NCBI GenBank assembly: GCA_951406725.2
Contig: OX597839.1
Location: 26,350,001 to 26,414,000, forward strand
Direction: 5' to 3'
DNA length: 64,000 nt
Source: Octopus vulgaris
Taxonomy: Eukaryota
Part shown: positions 23,913 through 35,865 of the stretch, piece after piece
Numbering within the stretch: the first letter of the stretch is position 1
Layout: each line of letters begins with the position of its first letter
Notes under the pieces: generated by a model
The model's database searches: none
Seen by the model: the letters and a program-made list of their open reading frames with translations, nothing else
Told to the model about the DNA's origin: nothing
Made by a program: the position numbers and the translations under genes

Positions 23913-26900
23913 ACTGACGTAAGACAAACCCCACAAGTTGCAGCTGCTCCAGTCGCTGCCGCCGCTATCACCGCTGCCTGCTCTCGCTTCAGGCCCCGGC
24001 TCGGTCACCCCTATCAACATCATCATCGTCATCATCGGATCCCTGCAGGAAATCGTTACTGCCACACCACTAATTGGACCTGCTGGTGTATATAACGCAC
24101 ACATAACATTACACACACACAGACATATATCATTATACACATACACACACACATGCATGCACAGACACACACACATGCATATACACACACACACACTTAC
24201 AAAAACAAAGGGTTCGTATTTGACTTCAAAGTCCAGAGTATTTCAGTGTGGGGGAGCAGGGAGGAAAACACAGCGCTTTATACAACAGGCAAGAACTGGT
24301 GGTGGTGGTGGTGATGGTGGCAGTGCCGATGTCAGACTAGCAATAGTTGTTGTAATTAGCAATAATAATTAACAATTATTACAATATCACTAATCAACAT
24401 TTGCAGATGTTGAACTGGGGTCAAAAGAAATTTACATATTTTTCTATATTTTTTTGCCAATTTTTTTTTTACAATCTGTTATTTTATTATTTTTTTTTAC
24501 ATATTTTTTTTTAAATATTAATTCTTTTTTACAATTATTATTATTATTTTTTTTTTTGTATGTGTAAATATCCAGGCCTGTCATTATTATTATTATTATT
24601 ATTATTATTAATTACATTTACTCTGGAAATAGTGAAAAGATAAAGCAAGCAGAGTGACTTGTCTTTTGATCAACCACCCACATACCATCCCTTTTGTTTT
24701 TTGTTGTTTTTTTTAAATATTTTTGTAATTATTCTGAAATGAAGAGACTAATTAAAATTAGCAATGACTAACAAAAAAAAAAAAAAAAAAATTAAATTAA
24801 AAATAAAATTAAAAAACCCCTCCCCAGTCACCACAAAGGAGGGGAGGGTGGGAGGGACTACTCGAGACACGGCACTGCTCGGTCAGTGCCAGAAACCAGT
24901 CAAAGACCACCAAGTTCTTCAGAGCACTGGGGCTTTTATATACATACATACATATAAATATATACACACATACATATATATATATATATACACACACACA
25001 TATGCATATATATATATAGATATATATACATACACACATAGATATATATATATATACATACATATATACAGATACATAAATATATACATATACATATATA
25101 TATACACACACATATATATATTTATTTAAAAATTTGTTTCTGTTTTTGACATGGCATTTATCTTTCATGGCAACCCAGATCATGCTAAGGATCTTCCCAT
25201 CGGAGATTTCATGCTCCACTGATCTCAAAACAACAGAGTTGAAAGAAAAAAAGAGAGGGGGAGGAATGGGGGGGAGGGCGGAAATGAAGAACACAATTGT
25301 CTTTTTATTTTATTATTATTATTATTATTATTATTTTTTTTTTTTTTACTCAAAAGAAAGATTTTTTTTTTCTCAGTCTTTTTTGAAGCCGATAAAGGGG
25401 GTGGAAAAAGTTGTATTGAGAAGTGCAAGCCTTCCGAACTCGAGGCGGCGCTTAGCAGAAGGGGCATTTTTTTTTTTAATTTTGTATGTGTGTGTGTGTG
25501 TGTGTCTGTGTGTTTTTTTTTTTATAAAAAAAAAAAAAAAAGAAAAAAAAAACAACGGAGTTCTTTACATGTTCATGGGAGTCTAATCGAGTTCTTTGTT
25601 CCGTAAGAGTCGTGTTGGGGTTGGTTTGTTTTGGGAGTTTTCATCATTGATACTGATCCCCCCCCACCACCATTTTGCTGTTTGGGTCCATAAAAATCAT
25701 GGTGCCGCTGCTGCTGCTGCTGTTGCGTTCATTAACTGCCCCTGAGAAGCTGTAGATCAAACAAGTCAGGTTCATAGGTGTTGTTGTTTTTTTACCCTTT
25801 TTTTTTTTATACATATGTATTTTTTTTTTTAAAGTTCAGGAGTTTTGGTAGCAAAAAAACCAAAAAACAAAAACAAAAAAAACCCAAAAGTTACAGTGGG
25901 AAGGGGTGAAGGGGGCCAATCGTGCCCCTCACCATCCCTCCGCCCCCGCAGAGACGCTCCATGGTTTCTTGGTTTCAAAAATGGTAACAGCTGTCGAAGT
26001 ATTTAACAACGGGAAAATGTTGGTGGTAGTTGGGCCGTGGAAAACGGTTCTCGTCATGCCCCTGTATTGCTGGTTGACCCCTCGTAAGGTCTGATGGAGT
26101 TCTAAGACAGACAGACAGACAGAGAGAGATATAGAGAGAGACACAGAGAGAGAGAGAGAGAGAGACGTCTCACCTCAATACTTTGCTGGCTCTGGTGTGT
26201 AGATTGGCACAGGGCTTGTGCCTCCTCCTCCTCCTCCTGCACTGGTGCTGTAGTCAGGGTGCGACGTGACGTTGGCGGCGTGGTCAGGCTTTGGTCCGGC
26301 TGGAGCACCGGTGGCGATGTTGCTTGTGGCGACGGCTGGCGTGGATGCGGATGCTGCTGCTGCTGAAGCTGGTGTGTGGGGTCTAGAGGCATCGTCCTTG
26401 CTGCTGTCACCCGAATGTCCACCACTGGCTGCTGCAGCTGGGGAGGTTTCTGCAACTCACCAAAAGGATCAGTTCTTACTGCTTCGTCAATGTTAATCAT
26501 TTTTTTTGTTTTTACTTTTGCTTTTTTTTTTCCTTACTTTTTTTGGTCTGTAGGGGAATAAGCAGCCAGTGCTGCTGACTCCGAGAAAGGTTTAAGGAGA
26601 AGAAGAAGGAATGGTGTGGAGAAAAAAGGTGAGGAGGTATAAGAAGACAAGGAGAAGGCAGAGAGGAGGAAGAGGAAGAGGTAGAGACTGAATGCAGAGT
26701 CAACAACAGAGGGCAAGCCGACTGCTCTATTGCTCCCCCCCACTACAGTTAACTGCAAGGAGTTCAGAGTGGGATGGTGGTGGTGGTGGTGGTGGTGAGT
26801 AGAGTACAAAGGCCAGACCACTACTGTCAGCTTGGTAGCCTGTACGAAGGGTAGCAAATCTACGTTCTGAGATGCTATCCGATAAAAAAGAAGGTGGAGT

Positions 26901-27094
26901 CTGTGGCACAGAAACAACTGTGGGTGAACTGTGAAAGTCTTCAGTGACCCCTCTCTTTCTGCTGGTTGTTCATGGGAAATGGTTAGTTTTGGCTTGTTAC
27001 AGGCTATGCGGGCGGGGTTGAGGAGCCTTACTAAGAGGGACCCCAATCGTCAATAGCCGGTCTGACAGTGAAGGCAGCGCACTAACTTAGTTAT

Positions 27095-27102
27095 TTAATC
27101 AT
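27095..27102 (-). CDS. NCOR: Probable coding start of the terminal exon (xAT GAT TAA = D-D-stop)
   Basis: Strong acceptor tgttccctctttgcag|ATGATTAA. All three frames stop within 12 nt. The phase-1 reading gives an acidic D-D-stop like NCoR C-termini. Confidence 0.55.
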
Positions 27103-27183
27103 CTGCAAAGAGGGAACATAAGACGCGCTCAATAGCAAGGATACAAGACAGATAAATGAACATAAAGACATCATACATGTGTA

Positions 27184-27222
<39 letters not shown>

Positions 27223-27250
27223 TACATACATACAAACGTGTGTGTGTTTT

Positions 27251-27558
27251 AAAGAGATTTGTTGTGTAATGTTGGGACAATGCGAGAAGTTACAAAATAA
27301 ACTACAAGAGGAAAATGAAACAAAAAAAGTTATAGTTTTACCTCATATTCCGATATTTTGGGGCAATAAGCCCTTCTTCAGGACATTTAGAAAAGTGATT
27401 TCTATCCTTCGCTTTTCCAAATGTTCTGAAGAAGGGATCGTACCAATGAAATATAGAAGGATATGGTGTGACTAACAACTTTGTATTGTTTCGTTTGCCT
27501 TTTGTAGTTTACTCTGTATCTCTTCAAACTGTTCCTGCCTTACACAATGAACCTCTTT
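27251..27558. repeat. Old ~310-bp fold-back element with two decayed hammerhead cores
   Basis: Imperfect inverted arms; central CCCTTCTTCAGGACATTT / AAATGTTCTGAAGAAGGG puts CTGAAGA on both strands. Confidence 0.65.
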
Positions 27559-27603
27559 AGAATAATATCACACAATACTTCACCAAAGCTACTCCGTGTA
27601 TAT

Positions 27604-27634
<31 letters not shown>

Positions 27635-28112
27635 CACATGCACATACACAAACACTAAATGCATTATTAAAGGGAAACCTGATATATATATAATCAAATG
27701 AGCTAAAGCAGGAGGGAATCATGGGATAGCTAACAAACATATTGTGCAAAAAAAAAAAAAATATCTAATCAATATCAGGGTGTACTATTTAATAATACAG
27801 AAAGCAATTATTAAACAAGATTAAAGAAAAAAAAAATTCAAAAAACAAAATAAATGCAAATTAGAACATTAATTGACATAAAAATATAACGAACATCAAT
27901 CTTTAAAATAACTCATTCAATTATATAGATGTGTGTGTGCCTGTACACATATATGTTACATGTGTGTGTGTGTGTTTATATATATGAGGGGATGCTGGAA
28001 AAGTCCCTGGCTTTGGATAAAAGAAAATGCATGAAGAGGATCAGTTAATTATGATTTTATTCAACATATTCGTATATATGTATATATATATATCGCTAAG
28101 ATAAATATTTCA

Positions 28113-28182
28113 ATTACCTGAAGATTGACTGTAACCATAACTCGAATTATTACGAATTGTACAAGCATGAAACGATCGTAGT
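28113..28182 (+). ncRNA. Penelope-type hammerhead ribozyme motif with long stem II
   Basis: Stem I ATTAC/GTAGT, CTGAAGA at 28118-28124, GAAAC at 28169-28173, putative AUC cleavage triplet at 28175-28177. Confidence 0.5.
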
Positions 28183-30749
28183 GTTTTACTCTTTATCTTT
28201 TATTAAACTTTTAATACTTTTGATATATATTTAAAATAATATAAATTAATTAATTTTATGTATTGGCGTATGTTTTTCATTGTTTGATTTGCTTAATAGT
28301 GGTTTTATCTCTAATTTAATATAATATATATATGCGTGTGTGTGTGTATGTTTGTGTGTCTGTGTTTGTCCCCCTAGCATTGCTTGACAACCGATGCTGG
28401 TGTGTCTATGTCCCCGTCACTTAGCGGTTCGGCAAAAGAGACCGATAGAATAAGTACTGGGCTTACAAAAGAATAAGTCCCGGGGGTCGAGTTGCTAGAT
28501 TAAAGGCGGTGCTCCAGCATGGCCGCAGTCAAATGACTGAAACAAGTAAAAGAGAGTGAGAAAGAGAGAGAGAGAGAGTATTCCCCTCTCAGATTCGCAC
28601 ATTTATTGTAGTGGTCCTTCAGTTTTTCTAAATCCCTATAAAAGAGTTCGGAAGGTTAGGCTTCTAACCAAGCCCTTTGTGACACCCTTTAAAGCCAGGA
28701 ACTTTTCAGCCCCACCCCCTCATATATACACATGTCATTTCCTTATCTGTTAAAGGACACACAAGCACCGTTACACACACACGACAAGATCTTCACCTAA
28801 GAAATTCAATTACAAGGCTTCAGTCAGCGTTATATACATATGTGTGTGTGTGTTTTTATGTACATACATATATACAAATATGTGAGTATATAACAGTTAT
28901 CTCTGACAAAAAGACCCACCCACCCACATATACACAAAACATGATTTCTGCAGGGTTTATAACATAGACGGGAACAGGCAGAGGGAGCAGTCAAGTCTAT
29001 TTCTAACCCTTTCAAAAGGTCCTTGTTCTTAATTAAAGAAAGAAAGAAAGAAAACCGAAAGCAAAACAAGAAGCCATTTTTTGAAATATTGTGAGGATAT
29101 TGGAGAGTAGGACTTGGAGAGTAGGATGCTGTGAATTTGAAATCAATATATGATGGAATGATTCCCTGTCCCCAAAACAAACAGCTATTTTGATGCAAAG
29201 GGTGAATAGGTAACAGCAAAATTGGGAGACAGCAGAATTTCAATGGGAAGAATAATTAATGATTAACAGTTAAATGAAAAAAGGAATTTGCAATACTCAT
29301 GCACAGACGTATTATGCATGGTGGCAGTTTTTGTTTTGAGTGTGATGGCGGTGATGGTGGTGATGATGAAAATGTTCTGTAAGTTTTAATGGGATATATT
29401 TGGTCACTGTAATGGACTTAAGGGTCCATGTGTTGAATTTTTTTCAGTTAAACCAGACAGAAGTAGATTCTCCTTTAACCGTTTAGCATCCGGATTTCTC
29501 CGTCAAATGTGATGTTTATTTATTCACATGGTTTTGAATTAATCAGGGGTTGTCTTGAAGCTTTGAACATGAAGCCAAGTAGAATGTTTTGACTGGATAC
29601 GACTGGTTTAGATGCTAAAGGGTCAAGATGTCGACTACAGCCAGTAGCTTAGCTTATGCCTGCCCATCAAACGCAATGACAGTGTCGATCCAAGAGCTGA
29701 GATCGGATAGGCAGAAGGCAGATCCTGTGGCACTGAAATTGGCCCCAAACAACAGCTGCAGGGGGGGGGGGTGATGGTGACGTCTACTCCTCTCTTCATG
29801 CAGTCCCCTGTGTTCAGTTCCAAAGCGATCTAGCATTTCACTTAACAGCCAATGGCTCCAACTGAGTGGGAGAGACACTGTATAATATGAGAGACCGCTT
29901 GAGACCTATTTTCAGTCTCAACCTTGCTGAAGAGGACCATCTTTGGGAGTCAGTTAGCTGGCATCCAAATCACACGGCCAAGCAAGCAGAGAAGATGACA
30001 AAGGATGCAGGCCTATTGTAATAGAAGGGTTAAAGTGATCTAAATCAAAGAATTTCTCGTTAATTTATGCTCCAAATACCATCTTAATAACGACAAAGTT
30101 ATTTCAAATAAATTCTTCATTATTTTCAAAATTAATTGAAACAAAGGAATTTCATCAGAAATATGGTAGCAAAAGGGTTAAAGTGATCTACATCAAAACC
30201 TTCCATCAGAATTTTTATGCTATGATCCAAACACCGGCTTAATAAGAGCATATTTATTTTACTAAATCTTTCCTCATTTTCAAAACCAACTGAAGCGAAA
30301 ACAGTATTTCAACAGAAGTATGGGAACAAAAGGGGTTAAGACAGAAAATATGCATTTTTTTTAACTACCAAGGGAGACGAGTAGTAATTCCTCCTCTAAA
30401 GAAGCTGGAATGATTCTGGCTTAAAAGTGAAAGATTACCATTGTACTACTCACAACACATAAAGCTGAAGGGCAGAGGATCAAGATGAAAAAAAACCGGT
30501 GGGGAGAACAGGTCAGCACACAAGGGAACCATTATAAAGTGTGTGTGGAAACCAGAGACAATTGCAAGGTCTGATAGAAAAAAGTATTGGGACAGGTGCT
30601 ATAAGAAGAAAACTACAACCCATATCAATTAGGCATTTAACCCCTTGGAGATGGAGCCTCATTTGGAGTTGCAGTACCAAGAAGAAAGACCCCTTTTCAT
30701 AAGCCCTACACAAGACATGTACTCATTTTCCAATATATATATATATATG

Positions 30750-31027
30750 TGTGGAGGCGCAATGGCCCAGTGGTTAGGGCAGCGGACTTGCGGTTGTAGG
30801 ATCGCGGTTTTGATTCCCAGACCGGGCCTTGTGAGTGTTTATTGAGCGAAAACACCTAAAAGCTCCACAAGGCTCCGGCATGGGGTGGTGATCCCTGCCG
30901 TACTCTTTCACCACAACTTTCTCTCACTCTTTCTTCTGTTGGCCTGCTCGCTTAGCCAGCGGGGTGGCGTCATTCAAAGGCTAAAACAATGCAAAGTGCA
31001 TTGTGACCAGCGATGTGTAACAACATC
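30750..31027 (+). mobile_element. SINE family B variant with a different 3' tail
   Basis: Same head and body to ...ctttctctcactct, then a different tail (ggcctgctcgcttagccagcggggtggcg). Confidence 0.78.
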
Positions 31028-31606
31028 TTGTTCCTGTCAAGTGGTTATTTGATTTTTGGAAAGACGAATGGGTCACAGCCATGGACCCACAATTTGTCAC
31101 CTGTTACAATCTGCTTTTTTTTTTTTGTTGTTTTTTTTTTGGAAAAAGATTTTGTCACCCTCGACACAATCAAGGAGACCCTGCATTGTTGAAACCCGAT
31201 CTCCTTTTCGAGACAGCCACACTCCACAAACCTTACTTCCAAGTCTTCTTATAAACAACAGGAGTGAAAATGTTATACCTTAGCATAGAGGAGCGACAGA
31301 GTTCGAGGTCAATCTGTGCCAATGTGTTACCATAACAACAGTCCCGATACTTTTTACTTTTCTTGAAGCTGATTCTCAAAATTGCTTACTTGCGAGTTTT
31401 GATTCAGTCCAAAGTTTATTCACAGCTATGAGACTTTATTTCATTCATTCTTTTCACCATGCTAGCATGAGTTAGAGGAGTATGTATTATTGAGGCACTG
31501 CTGTACACCCAGATATCTTGACTGTCTCTAATCCAACAGAATCCATTCGTCTTTGAAAATGCAGAGTTACCAGATAACTTGTTCACAGGAAAATGTCAAC
31601 AAAATA

Positions 31607-31993
31607 GGCGCAGGAGTAGCTGTGTGGGTAAGTAGCTTGTTTACCAACCACATGGTTCCGGGTTCAGTCCCACTGCGTGGCACCTTGGGCAAGTGTCTTC
31701 TACTATAGCCTCGGGCCAACCAAAGCCTTGTGAGTGGATTTGGTTGACGGAAACTGAAAGAAGCCTGTCGTCGTATATATGTGTGTGTGTCTGTGTTTGT
31801 CCCCCTAGCATTGCTTGACAACCGGTGCTGGTGTGTTTATGTCCCCGTTACTTAGCGGTTTGGCAAAAGAGACCGATAAAATAAGTACTGGGCTTACAAA
31901 AGAATAAGTCCTAGGGTCGATTTGCTCGATTAAAGGCGGTGCTCCAGCATGGCCGCAGTCAAATGACTGAAACAAGTAAAAGAGTAAAGAGTA
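31607..31993 (+). mobile_element. SINE family A
   Basis: Full copy with (GAGTAAA)n tail. Confidence 0.87.
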
Positions 31994-32756
31994 AACGTCA
32001 CTCTTCTGAAACCCAGATCACAAGGTAAGCACCCATCCCCACCACCACACATGACAGATGCAGGCGTAGTGATGAGTTAAGGAGCTTGCTTCCTAAGCAC
32101 CTGCCTTCTCTACATGTAACTATATATGTTACACAGATACCCTCTCATACATGCACCCAGTGACCCACATCTTCCTCTTTTTTTAACTCCCCCCCCCCCA
32201 TAGAACTGCATTCCCATATAGCCTCTAAACTGTTTTTCTTTTTCTTCTTCCCTTTTTACCACCATCTTTGCCCCTCTTACATTTTTTCTAACGAAGACGA
32301 CCCCAGGACGAAGTACCGAAGTATGGGCTTTCAGACGAGATGACAATGGACCGAGATACCTGGCGCCCTGCTGTATTCAAGAAGACCCCTGTCCTACACA
32401 GCAGGAGTGTTAAGGCCATTCTTCCTGGAAGGAGGATTGGTCTGCAAGAGTTTTGTGCCAGTGCCACATTGAAGCACTTGTACGGTTCCATGTGAAAAGC
32501 ACCCGGCATACACAGGTCATCCAAACACAACGTATATTAATCATCTCACCAGAGACTCTGAATGCCTCTCCAAAGACATTCCTCAACTGATGCAGGACCA
32601 AGACGGAGGTCATGTATGGGCTAAACATGTCCAAGCAAGCTTGGCCAGGTGAGAAAGGTAATACACAAATAATGTCCCTTACTGATGTGATCTCATTCCT
32701 ATTTAATTGATAGAATTTGAAATTGATCTTAACAAAGGAGGGGTTCAATTATTGTA

Positions 32757-33022
32757 GCGGGGTCATTCCAAAAAGCTCTACCTGCGACGATTTCATCTCA
32801 ATCGAAGGAGAGGAGCTTTCTCCGTCCGGGTTGCGGATCCGTGGAACAAGCTGCCAGACGAGATGGTGAAGATGCCGACGACCGCTTTGTTCAAAGCCTC
32901 CCTAGACCTCAAGTGGCCTGAACTCTTTACATGAACACCACCCTGTACTTAACTCCATGTCCCCCTACATGGCCTTGCTATTTGCTTTTGAGCCAAATTA
33001 ACTAACTAACTAACTAACTAAT
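32757..33022 (+). mobile_element. CR1-clade LINE 3' fragment with (TAAC)n tail
   Basis: Reads RGHSKKLYLRRFHLNRRRGAFSVRVADPWNKLPDEMV...FKASLD. Confidence 0.82.
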
Positions 33023-33244
33023 ACGGTCAATCAAATCAACTCTGGTGTATTAATGATACTTAAATTAATGAACTTGCAGGATGAAAGGTAAAGATGATTT
33101 TAGTAGGGGGTGGGGGTTGTTTACAAAATCAACAAATTGAAAATGGTCAATACACATCTGTTTGATAATCAATTGATAGGAAATAAATTCCAATAAGCTC
33201 AATGATATATATTTGTAATTGAGGCAATGATGAAAGCTGAATAA

Positions 33245-33790
33245 GGTTAATGAATGATGAATTTCAAATGGGGTTAATAATGAACTTCCAAAGGACTATA
33301 ATGAATATGCCAATAGGGGCCAGCAATAACCTTCTAAAGACCAAAGATGAACTTACCAACAAAGGGCCAACAATAAACTTCCAACAGGGGGAGGTGGGGG
33401 TGAGGTGGGCTAATGAATGCCCAGTGGCGGCCAACAATATCGTCCAATGGAGAAAAACTAATGAGAAACTTCCATCAAGGGTCGACAATGAACTCCCAGG
33501 GGGAGGGTGGGGGACAATGACAAACTTCTAAAGGAGAGCCGACAACAAACTTCCAAGGAGGAGGAAGGGGTTGCAATGTTGAACTTCCCAAACGGGACCA
33601 ACGACGAACTTCCGAGAATGAAAATTCCAGCAGGAATAACAGTAAACATCTAACAGGGGAGTGGGGGAATCAACAATGAACTTCCAACAGGGCTGAACCG
33701 TAATCTTCCAACGCAGGGTCAGTGATGAACGTCCAACAGGGGGCCAACAATGAAAAGTCCCAAAGGGTTCTACAATGAACTTTCCAATGC
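33245..33790. repeat. Degenerate ~24-30 bp tandem repeat with core AAYAATGAACTTCCAA-CAGGGG
   Basis: Roughly 20 diverged units with variable G-rich linkers. Confidence 0.75.
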
Positions 33791-34006
33791 AAGACAAAAG
33801 AAACATATTGGAGCAACAGAGACAAAACAAACAGCAATAAGTTGAGTAATTAAGTCTAGAAAGAGTTATAGTAACGCGGTTTAAAGAGAGATCGTTAGCA
33901 TACTGCTGGCTAGATTATAATTAAGAAGCATGCTACATGTAACTAATTCACTGGAGGCCAGTATAAGCCACTGTGGAACAACAGGAAGACAGGCTTAGCA
34001 TCTTAC

Positions 34007-34138
34007 CAATTTTAGGCCTAGAGAGAAGACTTGAAATATGTTGATGATGGGCAACTACTGGCGTTGGCCGTGCCCGAGGAGAACGTGATGGGGAGATTTT
34101 GGATGACATAGCCTCATTGCTTTCAGATACTGAAGGCC
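34007..34138 (-). CDS. NCOR: Probable NCoR exon, 132 nt, phase 1-1 (GPSVSESNEAMSSKISPSRSPRARP...RPKI)
   Basis: Acceptor atttctcattccag|GG; donor ATTG|gtaaga. S/P-rich open frame; phase matches the 43828 donor. Confidence 0.72.
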
Positions 34139-34192
34139 CTGGAATGAGAAATATTAAGGCTTCATAACAAGAAATCTTTTGCGTTTTGGTTT

Positions 34193-34776
34193 TGTGTGTG
34201 TGTGTGTGTGTGTGAGAGAGAAAGTGAGAGTGAGAGAGTGAGTGTGAGTGCAAGAGAGAGAGAGAGTGTTTGAATGAAAGAGAGAGTGTTTGAGTGAGAG
34301 AGAAAGTGTTCGAGTGAGAGAGAAAGAGTGTTTGAGTGAGAGAGAGAAAGAGTATTTGAGGGAGAGAGAGAGAAAGAGTGTTTGAGGGAGAGAGAAAGAG
34401 TGTTTGAGTGAGAGATAGAGACAGTGTTTGAGAGAGAGAGAGAGAGAGTGAGCAAGAAGATAGAGAGGGGAAAAAAAGAGCAAGAGCAGATGTAAGAGGT
34501 ACTAATGAAGATTTGTAGTTTTTTGTCCCCCCACCCCCAGAATATTGTGAGATGGGTCATGAATGAACAAAACAGAAATGAGCAAAAGAGGAACGAAAAT
34601 GGAAAGAAAAAAAAAGAAAAAAATGAAAATGAAAAGGAAAAAAAAAAAAAAGGGAAAAAAATGGCAAGATGATCGGTTAGAAACAAACACATACATACGA
34701 AAATATATACATGTACATAGAAACATATTTACACATACAATACACAAACATATGCACATACATACATACATACAAA

Positions 34777-34807
<31 letters not shown>

Positions 34808-35362
34808 AAGTGAGAGTGAGAGAGTGAGTGTGAGTGCAAGAGAGAGAGAGAGTGTTTGAATGAAGGAGAGAGTGTTTGAGTGAGAGAGAAAGTGTTCGAG
34901 TGAGAGAGAAAGAGTGTTTGAGTGAGAGAGAGAAAGAGTATTTGAGGGAGAGAGAGAGAAAGAGTGTTTGAGGGAGAGAGAAAGAGTGTTTGAGTGAGAG
35001 ATAGAGACAGTGTTTGAGAGAGAGAGAGTATGAGCAAGAAGATAGAGAGGGGAAAAAAAAGAGCAAGAGCAGATGTAAGAGGTACTAATGAAGATTTGTA
35101 GTTTTTTGTCCCCCCCACCCCCAGAATATTGTGAGATGGGTCATGAATGAACAAAACAGAAATGAGCAAAAGAGGAACGAAAATGGAAAGAAAAAAAAAA
35201 AAGAAAAAAATGAAAATGAAAAGGAAAAAAAAAAAAAGGGAAAAAAATGGCAAGATGATCGGTTAGAAACAAACACATACATACGAAAATATATACATGT
35301 ACATAGAAACATATTTACACATACAATACACAAACATATGCACATACATACATACATACAAA
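34193..35362. repeat. Near-identical tandem duplication of a ~585-bp low-complexity unit
   Basis: 34193-34776 and 34777-35362 share unique text (e.g. GAGCAGATGTAAGAGGTACTAATGAAG) and differ mostly in homopolymer or dinucleotide lengths. Confidence 0.9.
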
Positions 35363-35574
35363 TACAAATCAAAATAATGACTAGGAATGAAATTTTTTAA
35401 AAAATCGTAAAAAGTACATGTTAATAAAAACAAAAAAAACCTCTGACCCTAAAGTATTTCTATTATCAAATTCTAATACAGTTGTCTGAAACTGGGGCCC
35501 AAATGACCCTTGGGGGTCCATATTAGACTTGGTTGTTACGCCATGTGCCCATGGGCATATGGCGTAGTGGTTAA

Positions 35575-35865
35575 TGCAAATATATGGGAAACTACCACCT
35601 GTGTCATCTCTTGTGAAAGGTAGGAGAGTCCAGTTTGCTGGACATTGTTGTAGAGCTGAAAAAGAGGTAATTTCTCCTCTTCTCCTCTGGCAGCCATCTA
35701 CTCGCGATACCAGAGGGTGCACACTCTCCTACCCTGATGTAATCTCCAGGGATACGGGCATCCAGCAACAGCACCTCCGTAATGCCATGATGGACCGTGA
35801 AGTCTGGCGTAGCATGGTAAATTCCATTGTCTCGACCACGGTCGAACAATGATGATGATGATGAT
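35575..35865 (+). mobile_element. RTE-like LINE 3' fragment with ~11-bp TSD
   Basis: RRVQFAGHCCR...LLWQP...AMMDREVWR, (TGA)n tail. GTAGTGGTTAA at 35564-35574 and 35866-35876. Confidence 0.88.

Larger units (their letters stand above)
23270..27094 (-). other. NCOR: Putative long 3' UTR of NCoR (~3.8 kb)
   Basis: Follows the stop codon. No recognisable SINE, LINE or MITE, unlike all flanking DNA. U-rich tracts on the minus strand; ends at AATAAA plus a U/GU-rich element. Confidence 0.55.

Noticed and set aside
33245-33790. CRISPR-like repeat-spacer appearance
   Set aside because: Repeats are short and degenerate, linkers are short and related to each other, there are no cas genes, and the context is a eukaryotic intron.
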